DNA from: an uncultured bacterium
Lineage (GTDB): Bacteria > UBP14 > UBA6098 > B30-G16
Reading direction: 5' to 3'
Length of the DNA stretch: 64,000 nt
NCBI GenBank assembly: GCA_965552135.1
Contig: CBEVQY010000007.1
Location: forward strand, 15,081-79,080
Shown here piece after piece: positions 29,888-39,705 of this stretch (position 1 is its first letter; every line of letters starts with the position of its first letter). Under the pieces are notes generated by a model that saw nothing but the letters and a program-made list of their open reading frames with translations, was not told the origin of the DNA and did no database searches. The position numbers and the translations under genes are program-made.

Positions 29888-32755
29888 ATGATGGCGGGGT
29901 TGTTTTGGCTTGTTTTGGCGGCGCTTTCTTCTGCGCTTGGAGATTGGTCGAGGACGTACGACGGCACAGGCTACGACAAGTTCGACGCGGTGCTTAAAAC
30001 CCTCGACGGAAACTACCTGCTGGCGGGCACACACTACGGTCCAAGCGACTTCGACGTATGGGCGTATAAGATAAGCCCAACGGGTGACTCCATCTGGTCG
30101 TATCAGTACGGCGGGTCAGGCAGAGATTACATATACGACGCCGTTCAGCTTTCCTCCGGAAGCTTTGTGCTTGTTGGCAAGACGACCTCATTTGGCTTTG
30201 GCGGCTACGATTATCTCATTGTGAAGATTTCGCCCACAGGCTCCCTTTTGGGGATGGTAGCCTACGGCGGCACAAGCGACGACTACGCCAAATCTGTGGT
30301 CGAAACGCCCGATGGGTGCGTTCTTGTCGTCGGTTCGTCGATTTCGTTTGGCGCCGGAAGCGGCGATGTGTGGCTCCTTAAAGCCGATACGACCACGCTC
30401 GACACCGTTTGGACGCGTACATACGGGGGCTCGTTTTACGAGGAGGGATACGACATAAAGCGCGCCCCCGGCGGAGGGTATGTGATATGCGGGGTGAAGT
30501 TTTCCGCCAGCGACGGCGATGCGTGGCTCCTTAAGGTCGACGATTGGGGGCTTTTGGTTTGGCAGCATACGTTCGGAGGCACCGGCAACGACAGGGCAGC
30601 CTGTGTCGTTCCCACCGCAGACGGCGGCTACGCGCTTGCCGGACAAACCGAGTCGTACGGTGCGGGCGACTACGATGTGTACCTGATAAAGACCGACGGC
30701 TCCGGCAACCTCCTCTGGCAGCGCACCTACGGCGGTGCCGGCAGGGATTTCGCCGACTGCATAGTCTCCACCGCAGACGGAGGCTTCTTCATCCTCGGCT
30801 CCACAAGCTCCTTCGGCTCGGACGTGCAGGGCTATATGATCCGCACCGACCCATCCGGCGATACCATCTGGACGGCTACCTTCGGCGGTCCCTACGACGA
30901 CGACTTTCACGATGGGCTTGTGACCGACGGGGGGTGCTATCTTGGCGTTGGTCATTGGGGCGTTGACTCCGGGCTTGATAAGGACGGCTACGTTGTGGAG
31001 TTTTGCGCCGACACGGGGACTACAACACCTTGCCCACCGCCTGATCCAACCACCGCTGTTGCCATCCCCGGAACGATATGCGTTGGCGAAAGCGCAGTTC
31101 TTGTTGCCTCGTCGGACGTTGTGTTCGGCAGCGGCGGAAGCAACTTGTGCAACCAGCCCGTCGACATCGACAGGGGCTGCTCGAGGTCGATGTCGCTTCT
31201 TAAGTGGAGCGAGATGCCGCCGGGCTTTTCCGGAGGCACGATCGTCGGTATTGGCGTGTACGTCACATCCCCCGGTCCAAGCCCGTCCCCCGTGAACATA
31301 AGGATGAAGACGGTCGCCGAAAGCTCGATTTCCTGCGGCAACCACGACGGCTACTGCCAGTGTGGTCCGTCCGACTGCTGCGCGGATTGGGACGAGACGG
31401 GAACGCTTGTGTACTCTGGCCCCGTCGACTACTCGACCACCGGCTGGACGATGATAACGCTTACCACGCCGTTTTCGTGGACGGGCGACAATCTCCTCAT
31501 AACGTGGGACTGGTGCTATACGGGCTCGGGGTGGGCATGCGTTCGTGGAACGCCGGCTACGGGAGAGCTCTTCCACACGCAGTTCTACGACTACTGCAGC
31601 GACGACGCCGACCGGGAGGACCAGTACTGCTGGGACGGCTCCGATTGGAACTGCTGCTGCACAAACAACTACCTTGTAGATTCGTGGGCGAGGGTCGACT
31701 ATAAGCTCGTTTTCGGCGGGCTTTTGCGGGCGTTGTCGGTCCCTATGTCCGACTCCACCTACTTTGTGTGGTTTGAGGGCTTTTGCGGTGATGACCTTGC
31801 CGCCGCCGTCGATACGGGCGAAACGATATCGGTCGCGCCAGCGACCACAACGACTTACTTCGTCCGAAACTACAACCCCTACTACGACTGCTGGAGCGAC
31901 ACTTGCCTTTCGGTGACCGTTTACGTGGACAACCTCTCTGCCCATATCACACCAGCCGATACGTCGATATGTGCCGGGGAGTCCTTTGTGCTTAACGGCA
32001 ACCCATCGGGCGGCTTCGGGGGATACATCCATCAGTGGACGGGCGATACGTCTCCGCTTTCGTCCACCACGGTGCAAAGCCCAACCTTTTCGACCACGAC
32101 GCCCGGAACTTACGTTTTGACCTACACCGTTGTCGACGGTGCGGGCTGTTCGGCAAGCGATACGGTCTTTGTGACGGTGTACCCCCTTCCCGTTGCGACG
32201 GCGAGCAACAGCGGACCATACTGCGAGGGCGATACCATAGAGCTTTTCGGCGGTCCCCCGGGGATGGAATCCTACCTGTGGTACGGTCCTGGTGGCTTTA
32301 CCTCGTCCGAGCAAAATCCCGTCATACCCGGCGCCACCGTTGCACAAAGCGGAACCTACACCCTCGTTGTCGTCGACACGAACGGCTGCAGCGACACGGC
32401 ATATACCGATGTCTCCGTGAGGGTTTGCACCTGCCCGCCCGCGGTCGTTTGGGTGGAGTGCCCATATCCGTGCTGGTCTTACTCATCGTGCGGGGATCAG
32501 GTTGTGATTTTCGGCGTCCACGACACAACGGGCGTGGAAATCGACACGAACCGCGTTTGGGTTACTTCGATAGTGTTTCACCCCGACCTTACCGCCGATA
32601 CGGTCCACCTTTGCGAGCCAACGCCTCTTATGGAGTTCTCGTCTCTGAGCGACTCGGTTACGGTCACGGTGAGGGGCAGCTTTTCCGACGGCGACAGCGT
32701 CATCATAACCCTCGATAGCCTCTACAACATCGACGGGTGTTTGACGATACCGTAG
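29888..32755 (+). CDS. Large secreted protein: beta-propeller repeats, Cys-rich region, PKD/SprB-like Ig repeats
   Basis: Signal peptide; repeated W.RTYGG...D motifs; SGTYTLVVVDTNGCS-type repeats. Confidence 0.8.
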   Translation: MMAGLFWLVLAALSSALGDWSRTYDGTGYDKFDAVLKTLDGNYLLAGTHYGPSDFDVWAYKISPTGDSIWSYQYGGSGRDYIYDAVQLSSGSFVLVGKTTSFGFGGYDYLIVKISPTGSLLGMVAYGGTSDDYAKSVVETPDGCVLVVGSSISFGAGSGDVWLLKADTTTLDTVWTRTYGGSFYEEGYDIKRAPGGGYVICGVKFSASDGDAWLLKVDDWGLLVWQHTFGGTGNDRAACVVPTADGGYALAGQTESYGAGDYDVYLIKTDGSGNLLWQRTYGGAGRDFADCIVSTADGGFFILGSTSSFGSDVQGYMIRTDPSGDTIWTATFGGPYDDDFHDGLVTDGGCYLGVGHWGVDSGLDKDGYVVEFCADTGTTTPCPPPDPTTAVAIPGTICVGESAVLVASSDVVFGSGGSNLCNQPVDIDRGCSRSMSLLKWSEMPPGFSGGTIVGIGVYVTSPGPSPSPVNIRMKTVAESSISCGNHDGYCQCGPSDCCADWDETGTLVYSGPVDYSTTGWTMITLTTPFSWTGDNLLITWDWCYTGSGWACVRGTPATGELFHTQFYDYCSDDADREDQYCWDGSDWNCCCTNNYLVDSWARVDYKLVFGGLLRALSVPMSDSTYFVWFEGFCGDDLAAAVDTGETISVAPATTTTYFVRNYNPYYDCWSDTCLSVTVYVDNLSAHITPADTSICAGESFVLNGNPSGGFGGYIHQWTGDTSPLSSTTVQSPTFSTTTPGTYVLTYTVVDGAGCSASDTVFVTVYPLPVATASNSGPYCEGDTIELFGGPPGMESYLWYGPGGFTSSEQNPVIPGATVAQSGTYTLVVVDTNGCSDTAYTDVSVRVCTCPPAVVWVECPYPCWSYSSCGDQVVIFGVHDTTGVEIDTNRVWVTSIVFHPDLTADTVHLCEPTPLMEFSSLSDSVTVTVRGSFSDGDSVIITLDSLYNIDGCLTIP

Positions 32756-32775
32756 GCGAAGAGAGGAGGTGTGAC

Positions 32776-33879
32776 ATGGCGCGAAGGGCTTTTTTGCTTT
32801 TGCTTGTGAGCTTGGGGGTTGTTTTAGGCGGCGTTCCGAAGCGGATGAACTACCAGGGGAAGCTCACAGACCCCGCAGGCGTTGCCCTGAACGACACGGT
32901 TTCGATCGAGTTCAGACTCTACGATGTCCCGGTGGGGGGTTCGCCCCTTTGGAGCGAGACGCATCCCAGCGTTGCAGTCGTGAAGGGACTTTTCGACGTC
33001 GTCCTGGGCGAGACGAACCCGCTCGACCTGCCCTTCGATACCCTCTACTACCTCGAGCTTGTGGTGGAGGGGGAGACCCTTTCGCCAAGACATCCGCTGC
33101 TGCCGTCGCCCTACTCCATCCGCGCCGAGGTCGCAGACCACGCAGCCATCACCGACACAATAAGCTTCATCGACAGCGTAAACTACGTCGATTCCGTACG
33201 GTACATCGACTCGCTGTCGTACGTGACGATAGTAAGAACGGTCGAGTTTATCACGTACATCGACAGCGTGCGCTATGTGGACACGGTGAGGTACATCGAC
33301 TCCCTCTCTTACGTCGACCTTGTTCGGGTCGTTGAGTTTATCGATTACGTCGACAGCATAAGGCACATCGACACGGTGGATTACATCGACAGCATAGGCT
33401 ACGTTTTGCACACGGGTTACGCCGACAGCGCAGGTCGTGTTTTGAACGAGCTTGTTCCCGGCGCAGGGATCGTCGGTCTTCCCTTCGACGGCAGCGCCCC
33501 GAGGACGTGGTCGGTTTATCTTTCCTCGCTTGGGGATGTCGACACGTCCGGGCTTTCGGCGGGGGATGTCCTCAAGTGGGACGGTTCGGCCTGGGTCGTT
33601 GCGCCTGACGACACGGGCGCTGGCGGCGGTGGAGGGTATTGGGTGCTTTCGGGCGCCAACCTCTGCGCCGCAGACACCACCTGGAGCGTTGGCATCGGAA
33701 CATCGGCGCCATCGGCAAAGCTTACCGTGAAGGGCGATGCGGTCATAACGGGCGCAGCCCAGATCGACAGCACACTGAATATGACGCAGCATCAGATAAT
33801 CAACATGATAATCGAAAACAGAACCTCCGACCCGCCCTCGCCGAAGCCAGGGCAGATATGGTACAGAACGGACCTCTAA
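32776..33879 (+). CDS. Secreted fibre-like protein with YQGKL N-terminal domain and hexapeptide repeats
   Basis: Paralogous N-terminus to 359..2473; IDSVRY repeats; GDVLKWDGSAW; ends IENRTSDPPSPKPGQIWYRTDL. Confidence 0.75.
   Translation: MARRAFLLLLVSLGVVLGGVPKRMNYQGKLTDPAGVALNDTVSIEFRLYDVPVGGSPLWSETHPSVAVVKGLFDVVLGETNPLDLPFDTLYYLELVVEGETLSPRHPLLPSPYSIRAEVADHAAITDTISFIDSVNYVDSVRYIDSLSYVTIVRTVEFITYIDSVRYVDTVRYIDSLSYVDLVRVVEFIDYVDSIRHIDTVDYIDSIGYVLHTGYADSAGRVLNELVPGAGIVGLPFDGSAPRTWSVYLSSLGDVDTSGLSAGDVLKWDGSAWVVAPDDTGAGGGGGYWVLSGANLCAADTTWSVGIGTSAPSAKLTVKGDAVITGAAQIDSTLNMTQHQIINMIIENRTSDPPSPKPGQIWYRTDL
33154..33432 (+). repeat. Coding tandem hexapeptide repeat ([IV]-D-[ST]-[VIL]-x-Y) with ~30 aa higher-order period
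   Basis: IDSVNYVDSVRYIDSLSYVTIVRTVEFITY / IDSVRYVDTVRYIDSLSYVDLVRVVEFIDY / VDSIRHIDTVDYIDSIGY. Confidence 0.85.
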
Positions 33880-34799
33880 GCCCTTCCTGTCCGGCGGGCG
33901 CGCCTGCGGAAGTATAGCTGAAGCGTTTTTATGTAGTCGTCGTCGGTGGAGATGTAGACGGCGTCTATCCCGAGCGATGCGAAAAGCCTTGCCTGTGCCT
34001 TCGCTTCGTTCGCCGTTTGATTCGAAAACGTGCCTTTCACCGCCGCGCTTGAGGTGTCGACGACGACAAGCTCCCCGCTTTCCGCATCCTCCAGAACGAC
34101 AACGCCGACGTCCTCAAAGCTCCGCTCCGCGGGATCACTTATCACGATGGGGACGAGGTCGTGCTTCTTGGACATAAGCAAAAGCGGTCTTCTGAAGTCT
34201 CCGTCGAGGAAGTCGGAGATGAGGAACACTATAGACGAGCGCTTGAGGATGTTGTAGAGGTATTCGAGCGCGACGGCGATGTTTGTTTTTTTGTGCTTGG
34301 GCTCGAACGCCAAAAGCTCCCTTATCACCCTGAGGGAGTGCTTTTTGCCCTTTTTGGGCGGGATGAATTTTTCGACCCGGTCGGTGAACATAAGCAGCCC
34401 CACGAGGTCGTTGTTTGCGATTGCGGAAAACGAAAGTAGCGCCGCTGTTTCCACGGCGATTTCCCGCTTGAGCTCGTTTTTGGTGCCGAACGCCGAGGAT
34501 CCGCTCATGTCGGCGGCGATGACGACGGTAAGCTCGCGTTCCTCCTCGAAAAGTTTTACGTATGCGCGTCCCATTCGCGCCGTGACGTTCCAGTCGATGG
34601 CGCGAACGTCGTCGCCGGGGGCGTACTCACGAACCTCGCTGAAGTCCATCCCGCGACCGCGGAAAACGGACTGATACTGCCCCGAAAATATATCCTCAAC
34701 GACCCGCCTCGTGGCGATGTCTATCTTGCGAACCTTGCGCAGTATCTCGCGGAGACGCCCCTCGCGGCTCTCCTTTTCCCGAAACCTAAGAAGCCTCAT
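33876..34799 (-). CDS. DUF58 (vWA-like) protein
   Basis: GRGMDFSEVREY.PGDDVRAIDWNVTAR, EEERELT, FLISDF. Confidence 0.92.
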   Translation of the reverse strand: MRLLRFREKESREGRLREILRKVRKIDIATRRVVEDIFSGQYQSVFRGRGMDFSEVREYAPGDDVRAIDWNVTARMGRAYVKLFEEERELTVVIAADMSGSSAFGTKNELKREIAVETAALLSFSAIANNDLVGLLMFTDRVEKFIPPKKGKKHSLRVIRELLAFEPKHKKTNIAVALEYLYNILKRSSIVFLISDFLDGDFRRPLLLMSKKHDLVPIVISDPAERSFEDVGVVVLEDAESGELVVVDTSSAAVKGTFSNQTANEAKAQARLFASLGIDAVYISTDDDYIKTLQLYFRRRARRTGRA

Positions 34800-34909
34800 C
34801 TCAAAAGCTCCTTTGCAAAATGCGTGCCCGTCTTCGCATGCCCCGCTTCTGCACTTGTGGGAGACCCCCCCACCCTGCCGAAAAGACATCCACCGTGCCG
34901 TTATGACCA

Positions 34910-35407
34910 TCAGAAGTAGCGCATAATCCCCAGAAGTATGCCGAACGGTTCGTCTTTGGCAAGCAGCAGGTGGAACGCGGTGTAGTCCTCGCCCATGACG
35001 ACGTAGGATCCGAGCGATATTCCAGCGATTAGGTCGGTTTGAGGGATTCCGAGGTTCTCGAGGTGAGCGACCACGGCTGCGGCGATGCCGACGCAAAGCT
35101 TTCCGCGCTTTGCGCGCGCCTCGGTGTACCTGAACGAGACCTGTGGTCGAAGCATAAAGCTTACGTTCTCAAAGCGCCTTGGGAATGTTGCGTAGCCTGC
35201 GCCTGCGCCCACCGAGAATCCCCCCTCGCTGCCGAAGCTCGCCTCGGGGATATCGAGCCAGAAGTCCATCGCAGCCGATTCGCTCCACGTCGAGCGGTAG
35301 ACGACGGAGTTGGGCGTCGTCATGTAACCTATGGCGATGCCCTCCCTCTCGGGCGGCTCAGCAAAGACTGCGCCAAGGCTTGCGCTGAGCACCAAAAGCC
35401 AAAGCAT
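34910..35407 (-). CDS. Exported small beta-barrel-like hypothetical protein
   Basis: Signal peptide; C-terminal GIMRYF. Confidence 0.6.
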   Translation of the reverse strand: MLWLLVLSASLGAVFAEPPEREGIAIGYMTTPNSVVYRSTWSESAAMDFWLDIPEASFGSEGGFSVGAGAGYATFPRRFENVSFMLRPQVSFRYTEARAKRGKLCVGIAAAVVAHLENLGIPQTDLIAGISLGSYVVMGEDYTAFHLLLAKDEPFGILLGIMRYF

Positions 35408-35451
35408 CCCAGCCCCCTTCTTTGGGAGAAAATCTATCCGCGTGGCGCGCC

Positions 35452-36207
35452 TCACACAACCGCTTTGTCGTACGGGATGCGCCCTTTGAGTTCCTCTATC
35501 GTTTTCCGCAGCGTTTTCGCAAGTTTTGCGGGGGCGGTGTTGGCGTATTCCGCTGGCTCAATAGGTTCTCCCACGACGACGAAGACCCTGCTTGGCGAGA
35601 TCGTCTTTCTGCCCTTGGGCATGATCCTGTGGCTTCCCCACAGGAGCACCGGCACGATCGTTGCGCCCGAGCGCCTCGCCGGACGGAAGGCTGAGGGGTG
35701 GAACCTGCCGAGTTCGCCGTCGTTCGTCCTCGTCCCCTCGGGGAAGACGGCGAAAACCCCTCCTTCGCTCAGGGCGCAGGCTATATCCTCGAACCTGCGA
35801 AGCTCGCTTCTGCTCACCCTGCGGCTTACGGGAACGCAGCCCAAAAACCTCATCCACGCGCCCAGGATGGGGATCGAGAAAAGGTCCTCCCGCGCAACGA
35901 ACCTTATGCGGCTGTCGACCCAGCCAAGCAGAATGGGGATGTCGAAGTAACTCTGGTGGTTGACGATGTAGACGACGTTCCCCGCTCCTTTGGGGATGTT
36001 CTCGCCCCCAACGAGCCCCACCGGGCTTAAGGTCGTCTTCACGACGAACCTCGCCCAAAGCCTCACAACCGCGCGGGAAAGCTTTTTCGCCGTCTTCTTT
36101 CCGAGGACAGACGCCGCAGAAAGAAGGGGGATAAGCGCCGCCGAGAGGACGAAGACCGAAACGAAAAGCACTCCGTAGACCAGCGTGAAAAGCCAACGGA
36201 AAAGCAA
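35452..36207 (-). CDS. plsC: 1-acyl-sn-glycerol-3-phosphate acyltransferase
   Basis: NHQSYFD and FPEGTRT motifs. Confidence 0.9.
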   Translation of the reverse strand: MLFRWLFTLVYGVLFVSVFVLSAALIPLLSAASVLGKKTAKKLSRAVVRLWARFVVKTTLSPVGLVGGENIPKGAGNVVYIVNHQSYFDIPILLGWVDSRIRFVAREDLFSIPILGAWMRFLGCVPVSRRVSRSELRRFEDIACALSEGGVFAVFPEGTRTNDGELGRFHPSAFRPARRSGATIVPVLLWGSHRIMPKGRKTISPSRVFVVVGEPIEPAEYANTAPAKLAKTLRKTIEELKGRIPYDKAVV

Positions 36208-36208
36208 G

Positions 36209-37960
36209 TCAGCCTACCTCCTCAAGCTCGCTTTGTATCTGCTGCATGACGTAGAGCTCGTGGTAGAATCCCTTTTGTTCGAGGAGCTTTTCGTGCGTTC
36301 CCATCTCGATCACCGTTCCCCCGTCGAGGACGATTATCCTGTCGGTTTCCTGCAGCGCCGAGACCCTGTGGGAGACTATTATCGTTGTCTTTCCGCGCCT
36401 CGTCTCGAGGAGGTTCGAGAGGATGGCCTCCTCCGTCTCCGTGTCGACTGCGGAGAGGGCGTCGTCGAGGATGAGGATGGGGGGATCAAGAAGCAGAGCT
36501 CTGGCTATGGCGAGCCTCTGCTTTTGACCGCCCGAAAGCATAACCCCCCGCTCGCCGACGACGGTGTCGTACCCTTTGGGGAAGCCTGAGACGTCCTTGT
36601 GGAACTGCGCAAGCTTCGACGCCATTATCGCCTCCTCGTCCGAGGCGTCGGGACGACCGAACTTTATGTTCTCCATAACCGTTGCGGAGAAGAGAAACGA
36701 GTCCTGGGGGACGTATCCTATGGCGGAGCGCAGACAGGAAAGCTTTATCCGTTTCACGTCATATCCGTCGACGAACACGGTTCCCTCCGGCGGGTCGAAC
36801 AGGCGCATCAAAAGCAAAAGGAGGGTCGTTTTGCCCGAGCCCGTCTTGCCCGTTATCCCAACGAACTCCCCCGCCTCCACCCTGAACGAGACGTCCCGAA
36901 GCGCGGGCGGAAGGTTGGGCTTGTAGCGGAAGGTCAGGTTCCTGAACTCGATCTTGCCCCTCACCCTCTCAAGCCTGACGGCGTCTGGGGCGTCTGTTAT
37001 TTCGGGCTTTTCGTCGAAGACCCGCATTATGCGCGCAAGCGAAGCCTTTCCGCGCTGGTAGAGGTTTATGATCCAGCCTGCGGCGATCATGGGCCATATT
37101 ATAAGCCCCAGGTAGCTGTTGAAGGCGACGAAGTCGCCCATGCTCATTCTCATTAAGATGACCTTCCTTCCGCCCACGAGGAGGATTATCGCGAAGGCGA
37201 TCCCCACAACAAGCCCCACAAAAGGCTCGAAGAGCCCGCCTATGAGGATCATCCTTATGTTTTTGTTGACGTAGTCGGAGCTTATGCTCGAGAACCGCTT
37301 CGTCGTTGCTCCCTCGCGAACGTAGCTTTTTATAACCCTTATGCCCGAGATGACCTCTCTGACGTAATCGGTCATTGCCGCGAATGCCTCCTGCACCTTC
37401 TCGAAGCGCCGCGAAAGTATCCGTCCGAAGTGCGCCACTATGATCGAGAGCACAGGAAGCGGCAGGAGGACGAAAAGCGTAAGCGAAGGATTTATGGCAA
37501 ACATCATCCCGACCGATGCGACTATGAGGAAGGCTGCGTCGATGAGGGCTACCACGCCTATCCCCGCCATCATCCTTACGGCTTCGAGGTCGTTTGTCGC
37601 AAGCGCCATCAGGTCTCCGACCTTGTGCTCGACGAACCACGCCGGCGAAAGCCCCAGAAGGTGGGTGTAGAACGAGCGCCTCAGGTTCCTCTCCATCCTG
37701 CGGGATATCCCTATCATGCAGTACCGCCACACGAACCTCAGAGCGACGATTGCCAGCGAGAGCGCGGCTATTGCGGCGGAGATCTCCAGAAGCAGAGCCG
37801 GCGTTGCGCGCCCGAACGAGAGGGCATCGATGCCGCGCTTCACAAGCCGCGGTATCAAAAGCTGAAAGACGTCAACAACCACCAGGGCGGCTATGCCACC
37901 CCAAAAATAGCGCGCGTTGCCGGAAAGGTAGGGCTTAAGTTTCCTGTAAACCCAGAGCAT
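36209..37960 (-). CDS. ABC exporter, fused permease/ATP-binding (MdlA-like)
   Basis: TM domain, GKTGSGKT, LSGGQKQR, ILDDALSAVD. Confidence 0.93.
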   Translation of the reverse strand: MLWVYRKLKPYLSGNARYFWGGIAALVVVDVFQLLIPRLVKRGIDALSFGRATPALLLEISAAIAALSLAIVALRFVWRYCMIGISRRMERNLRRSFYTHLLGLSPAWFVEHKVGDLMALATNDLEAVRMMAGIGVVALIDAAFLIVASVGMMFAINPSLTLFVLLPLPVLSIIVAHFGRILSRRFEKVQEAFAAMTDYVREVISGIRVIKSYVREGATTKRFSSISSDYVNKNIRMILIGGLFEPFVGLVVGIAFAIILLVGGRKVILMRMSMGDFVAFNSYLGLIIWPMIAAGWIINLYQRGKASLARIMRVFDEKPEITDAPDAVRLERVRGKIEFRNLTFRYKPNLPPALRDVSFRVEAGEFVGITGKTGSGKTTLLLLLMRLFDPPEGTVFVDGYDVKRIKLSCLRSAIGYVPQDSFLFSATVMENIKFGRPDASDEEAIMASKLAQFHKDVSGFPKGYDTVVGERGVMLSGGQKQRLAIARALLLDPPILILDDALSAVDTETEEAILSNLLETRRGKTTIIVSHRVSALQETDRIIVLDGGTVIEMGTHEKLLEQKGFYHELYVMQQIQSELEEVG

Positions 37961-38011
37961 CGAAGAAAACTAATAAGCACCGCCTCCTGCGCGGGCAAGG
38001 GAAATAAAACC

Positions 38012-39574
38012 TCAGGAGCTTGTGAGAACGACAACGGGGATCACCATCTCCTCCACCGATATCCCGCCGTGGAGGATGGAGTTTTTGTACTGCCGCTCGT
38101 ACTCGCTGAAGTTAGTGGGGTAGATCAAGTAGTAGTCTTCCTTTGCGATGACATAATTCGTCGTCACGCCGAAGGACGGGAGCTTCCACTTGGCGGGGTC
38201 CTTTATGAGGATTCCGCCCTTTGGGTCGACGTTTAGGTTGTCGCCGTACTTGTACCGCAGGCTGGGGGATGTGTCCCTCTTCCCGAACACCTTTACGCCC
38301 CTGCGACCTATGGTGCTTCCGTGGTCGGTTGTGAGGACTATGACGAGGTCTTCGTTTCCCTTTGCCTGGACGAGCGCTTCGTAGAGCGCCGACTGCACGA
38401 ACCAGGTCTTCATCACCGCGCGGTAGCCGCTCTCGTCGGGAGATATCTCCTTCAGAAGGTCGGAGGCTGCGCGTGAGTGCGCGAGGATGTCGAGGAAGTT
38501 CACGACGACGGCGGAAAGCGGAGCTGAGATGTATCGGTTTAGACGCCTGACCAGGCTCTCGCCCTCCTCAGGGTCGAGTATCTTTATGTATTTTGTGTCG
38601 CCGTCGAGGGTTATCCCGAGCCTGTCGAGCTGACGGTCCATAAGCTCGTGCTCGTAACGGTTGTGGGAGCTTGGGTCCGCCTGACCCCTCGACCATATCT
38701 TGGGATACGCCCTCTGGAGCTCGGCGGGGAAGAGCCCGGAAAAAAGCGCGTTTCGGGCATAAGGCGTTGCCGAGGGCAGGATGGAGAAGTAAAGCTTCGT
38801 CTGGAGCCTGTAGTGCTCGGCGAGAATGGGCTCCACGACAAGCCACTGGTCGTAGCGCATGCAGTCTATTACGACGAACATCACCCTCTTCCCCTCCCTG
38901 AGGGGCGGGACGACGAAGCGCTGGAATATGTCCACGGAAAGCATCGGTCGTTCCGCAGGCTCCGACCAGATCCAGCTTGTGTAGTTTGAGATTACGTATT
39001 TGGAGAACTCGGCGTTTACCTCGCGCCTGAATGTTCTGTGCATATCGGTTAGGGCAAGGTCCGGGCGCTCGTCGAGGATGACGTCCCATTCGGCAAGCCA
39101 CCTGCCTATCCTGAGCCAGTCGTCGGGGGAAGCCTGGGGCGAGAGAAGCTCGTACATCTCGCGGTATTCCTCGGTGTAGTCCCTCGTTAGGCGCTCGCCA
39201 ACTATCCGCTCTGCCTCGAGAATCTTCTTAAGCGAAGTCAAAATCTGAAGCGGGTTTACGGGCTTTACTATGTAGTCGGCTATCTGCTGACCTATAGCCT
39301 CCTCCATTATCCTCTCCTCTTCGCTTTTCGTCACCATAACGATCGGGATGTTCTTGTCCACCTTCCTTATCTCCTCGATCGCGGTGAGACCGTCCATCCC
39401 TGGCATCATCTCGTCGAGGAGGACGACGTCGGGATGGGACATCTTTATCATGTCGATTCCCGCTGGTGCGCTTGAGGCAACCAGAACCTTGTACCCCCGC
39501 TTCTCCAAAAACTTTATGTGCGAGCGAAGCTGATCTATCTCGTCGTCTATCCACAAAACCTTCTTCTCCGACAT
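38012..39574 (-). CDS. porX: PorX-like response regulator with PglZ/alkaline-phosphatase domain
   Basis: VLWIDDE receiver, VIDCMRYDQW, SILPSATPYARNALFSG, TTDHG, HGGISVEEM. Confidence 0.85.
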   Translation of the reverse strand: MSEKKVLWIDDEIDQLRSHIKFLEKRGYKVLVASSAPAGIDMIKMSHPDVVLLDEMMPGMDGLTAIEEIRKVDKNIPIVMVTKSEEERIMEEAIGQQIADYIVKPVNPLQILTSLKKILEAERIVGERLTRDYTEEYREMYELLSPQASPDDWLRIGRWLAEWDVILDERPDLALTDMHRTFRREVNAEFSKYVISNYTSWIWSEPAERPMLSVDIFQRFVVPPLREGKRVMFVVIDCMRYDQWLVVEPILAEHYRLQTKLYFSILPSATPYARNALFSGLFPAELQRAYPKIWSRGQADPSSHNRYEHELMDRQLDRLGITLDGDTKYIKILDPEEGESLVRRLNRYISAPLSAVVVNFLDILAHSRAASDLLKEISPDESGYRAVMKTWFVQSALYEALVQAKGNEDLVIVLTTDHGSTIGRRGVKVFGKRDTSPSLRYKYGDNLNVDPKGGILIKDPAKWKLPSFGVTTNYVIAKEDYYLIYPTNFSEYERQYKNSILHGGISVEEMVIPVVVLTSS

Positions 39575-39676
39575 CTTACACCTCCACCTTTCGTCTTTCG
39601 AGGGAGAAGGCAACCACGCTCAAGGCGGGTGCGCCCTGAGGCAGGTTTAGCAGTTTGGTCATAGACTGCAACAAAA

Positions 39677-39705
39677 ATTATACGCAGGCAGTTTCGTCTT
39701 CGCAA
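39677..39705 (-). promoter_or_regulatory. Sigma70-like promoter of porX-like gene
   Basis: TTGCGA-N17-TATAAT on the minus strand. Confidence 0.65.

Noticed and set aside
26863..32347. Very long minus-strand ORFs (949 aa at 26863-29712, 719 aa at 30188-32347)
   Set aside because: Antisense shadows of well-supported plus-strand genes in GC-rich DNA; no recognisable motifs
33154..33432. DGR template/variable repeat pair
   Set aside because: Differences are not adenine-specific, the repeats are tandem and coding, and no reverse transcriptase is in the window
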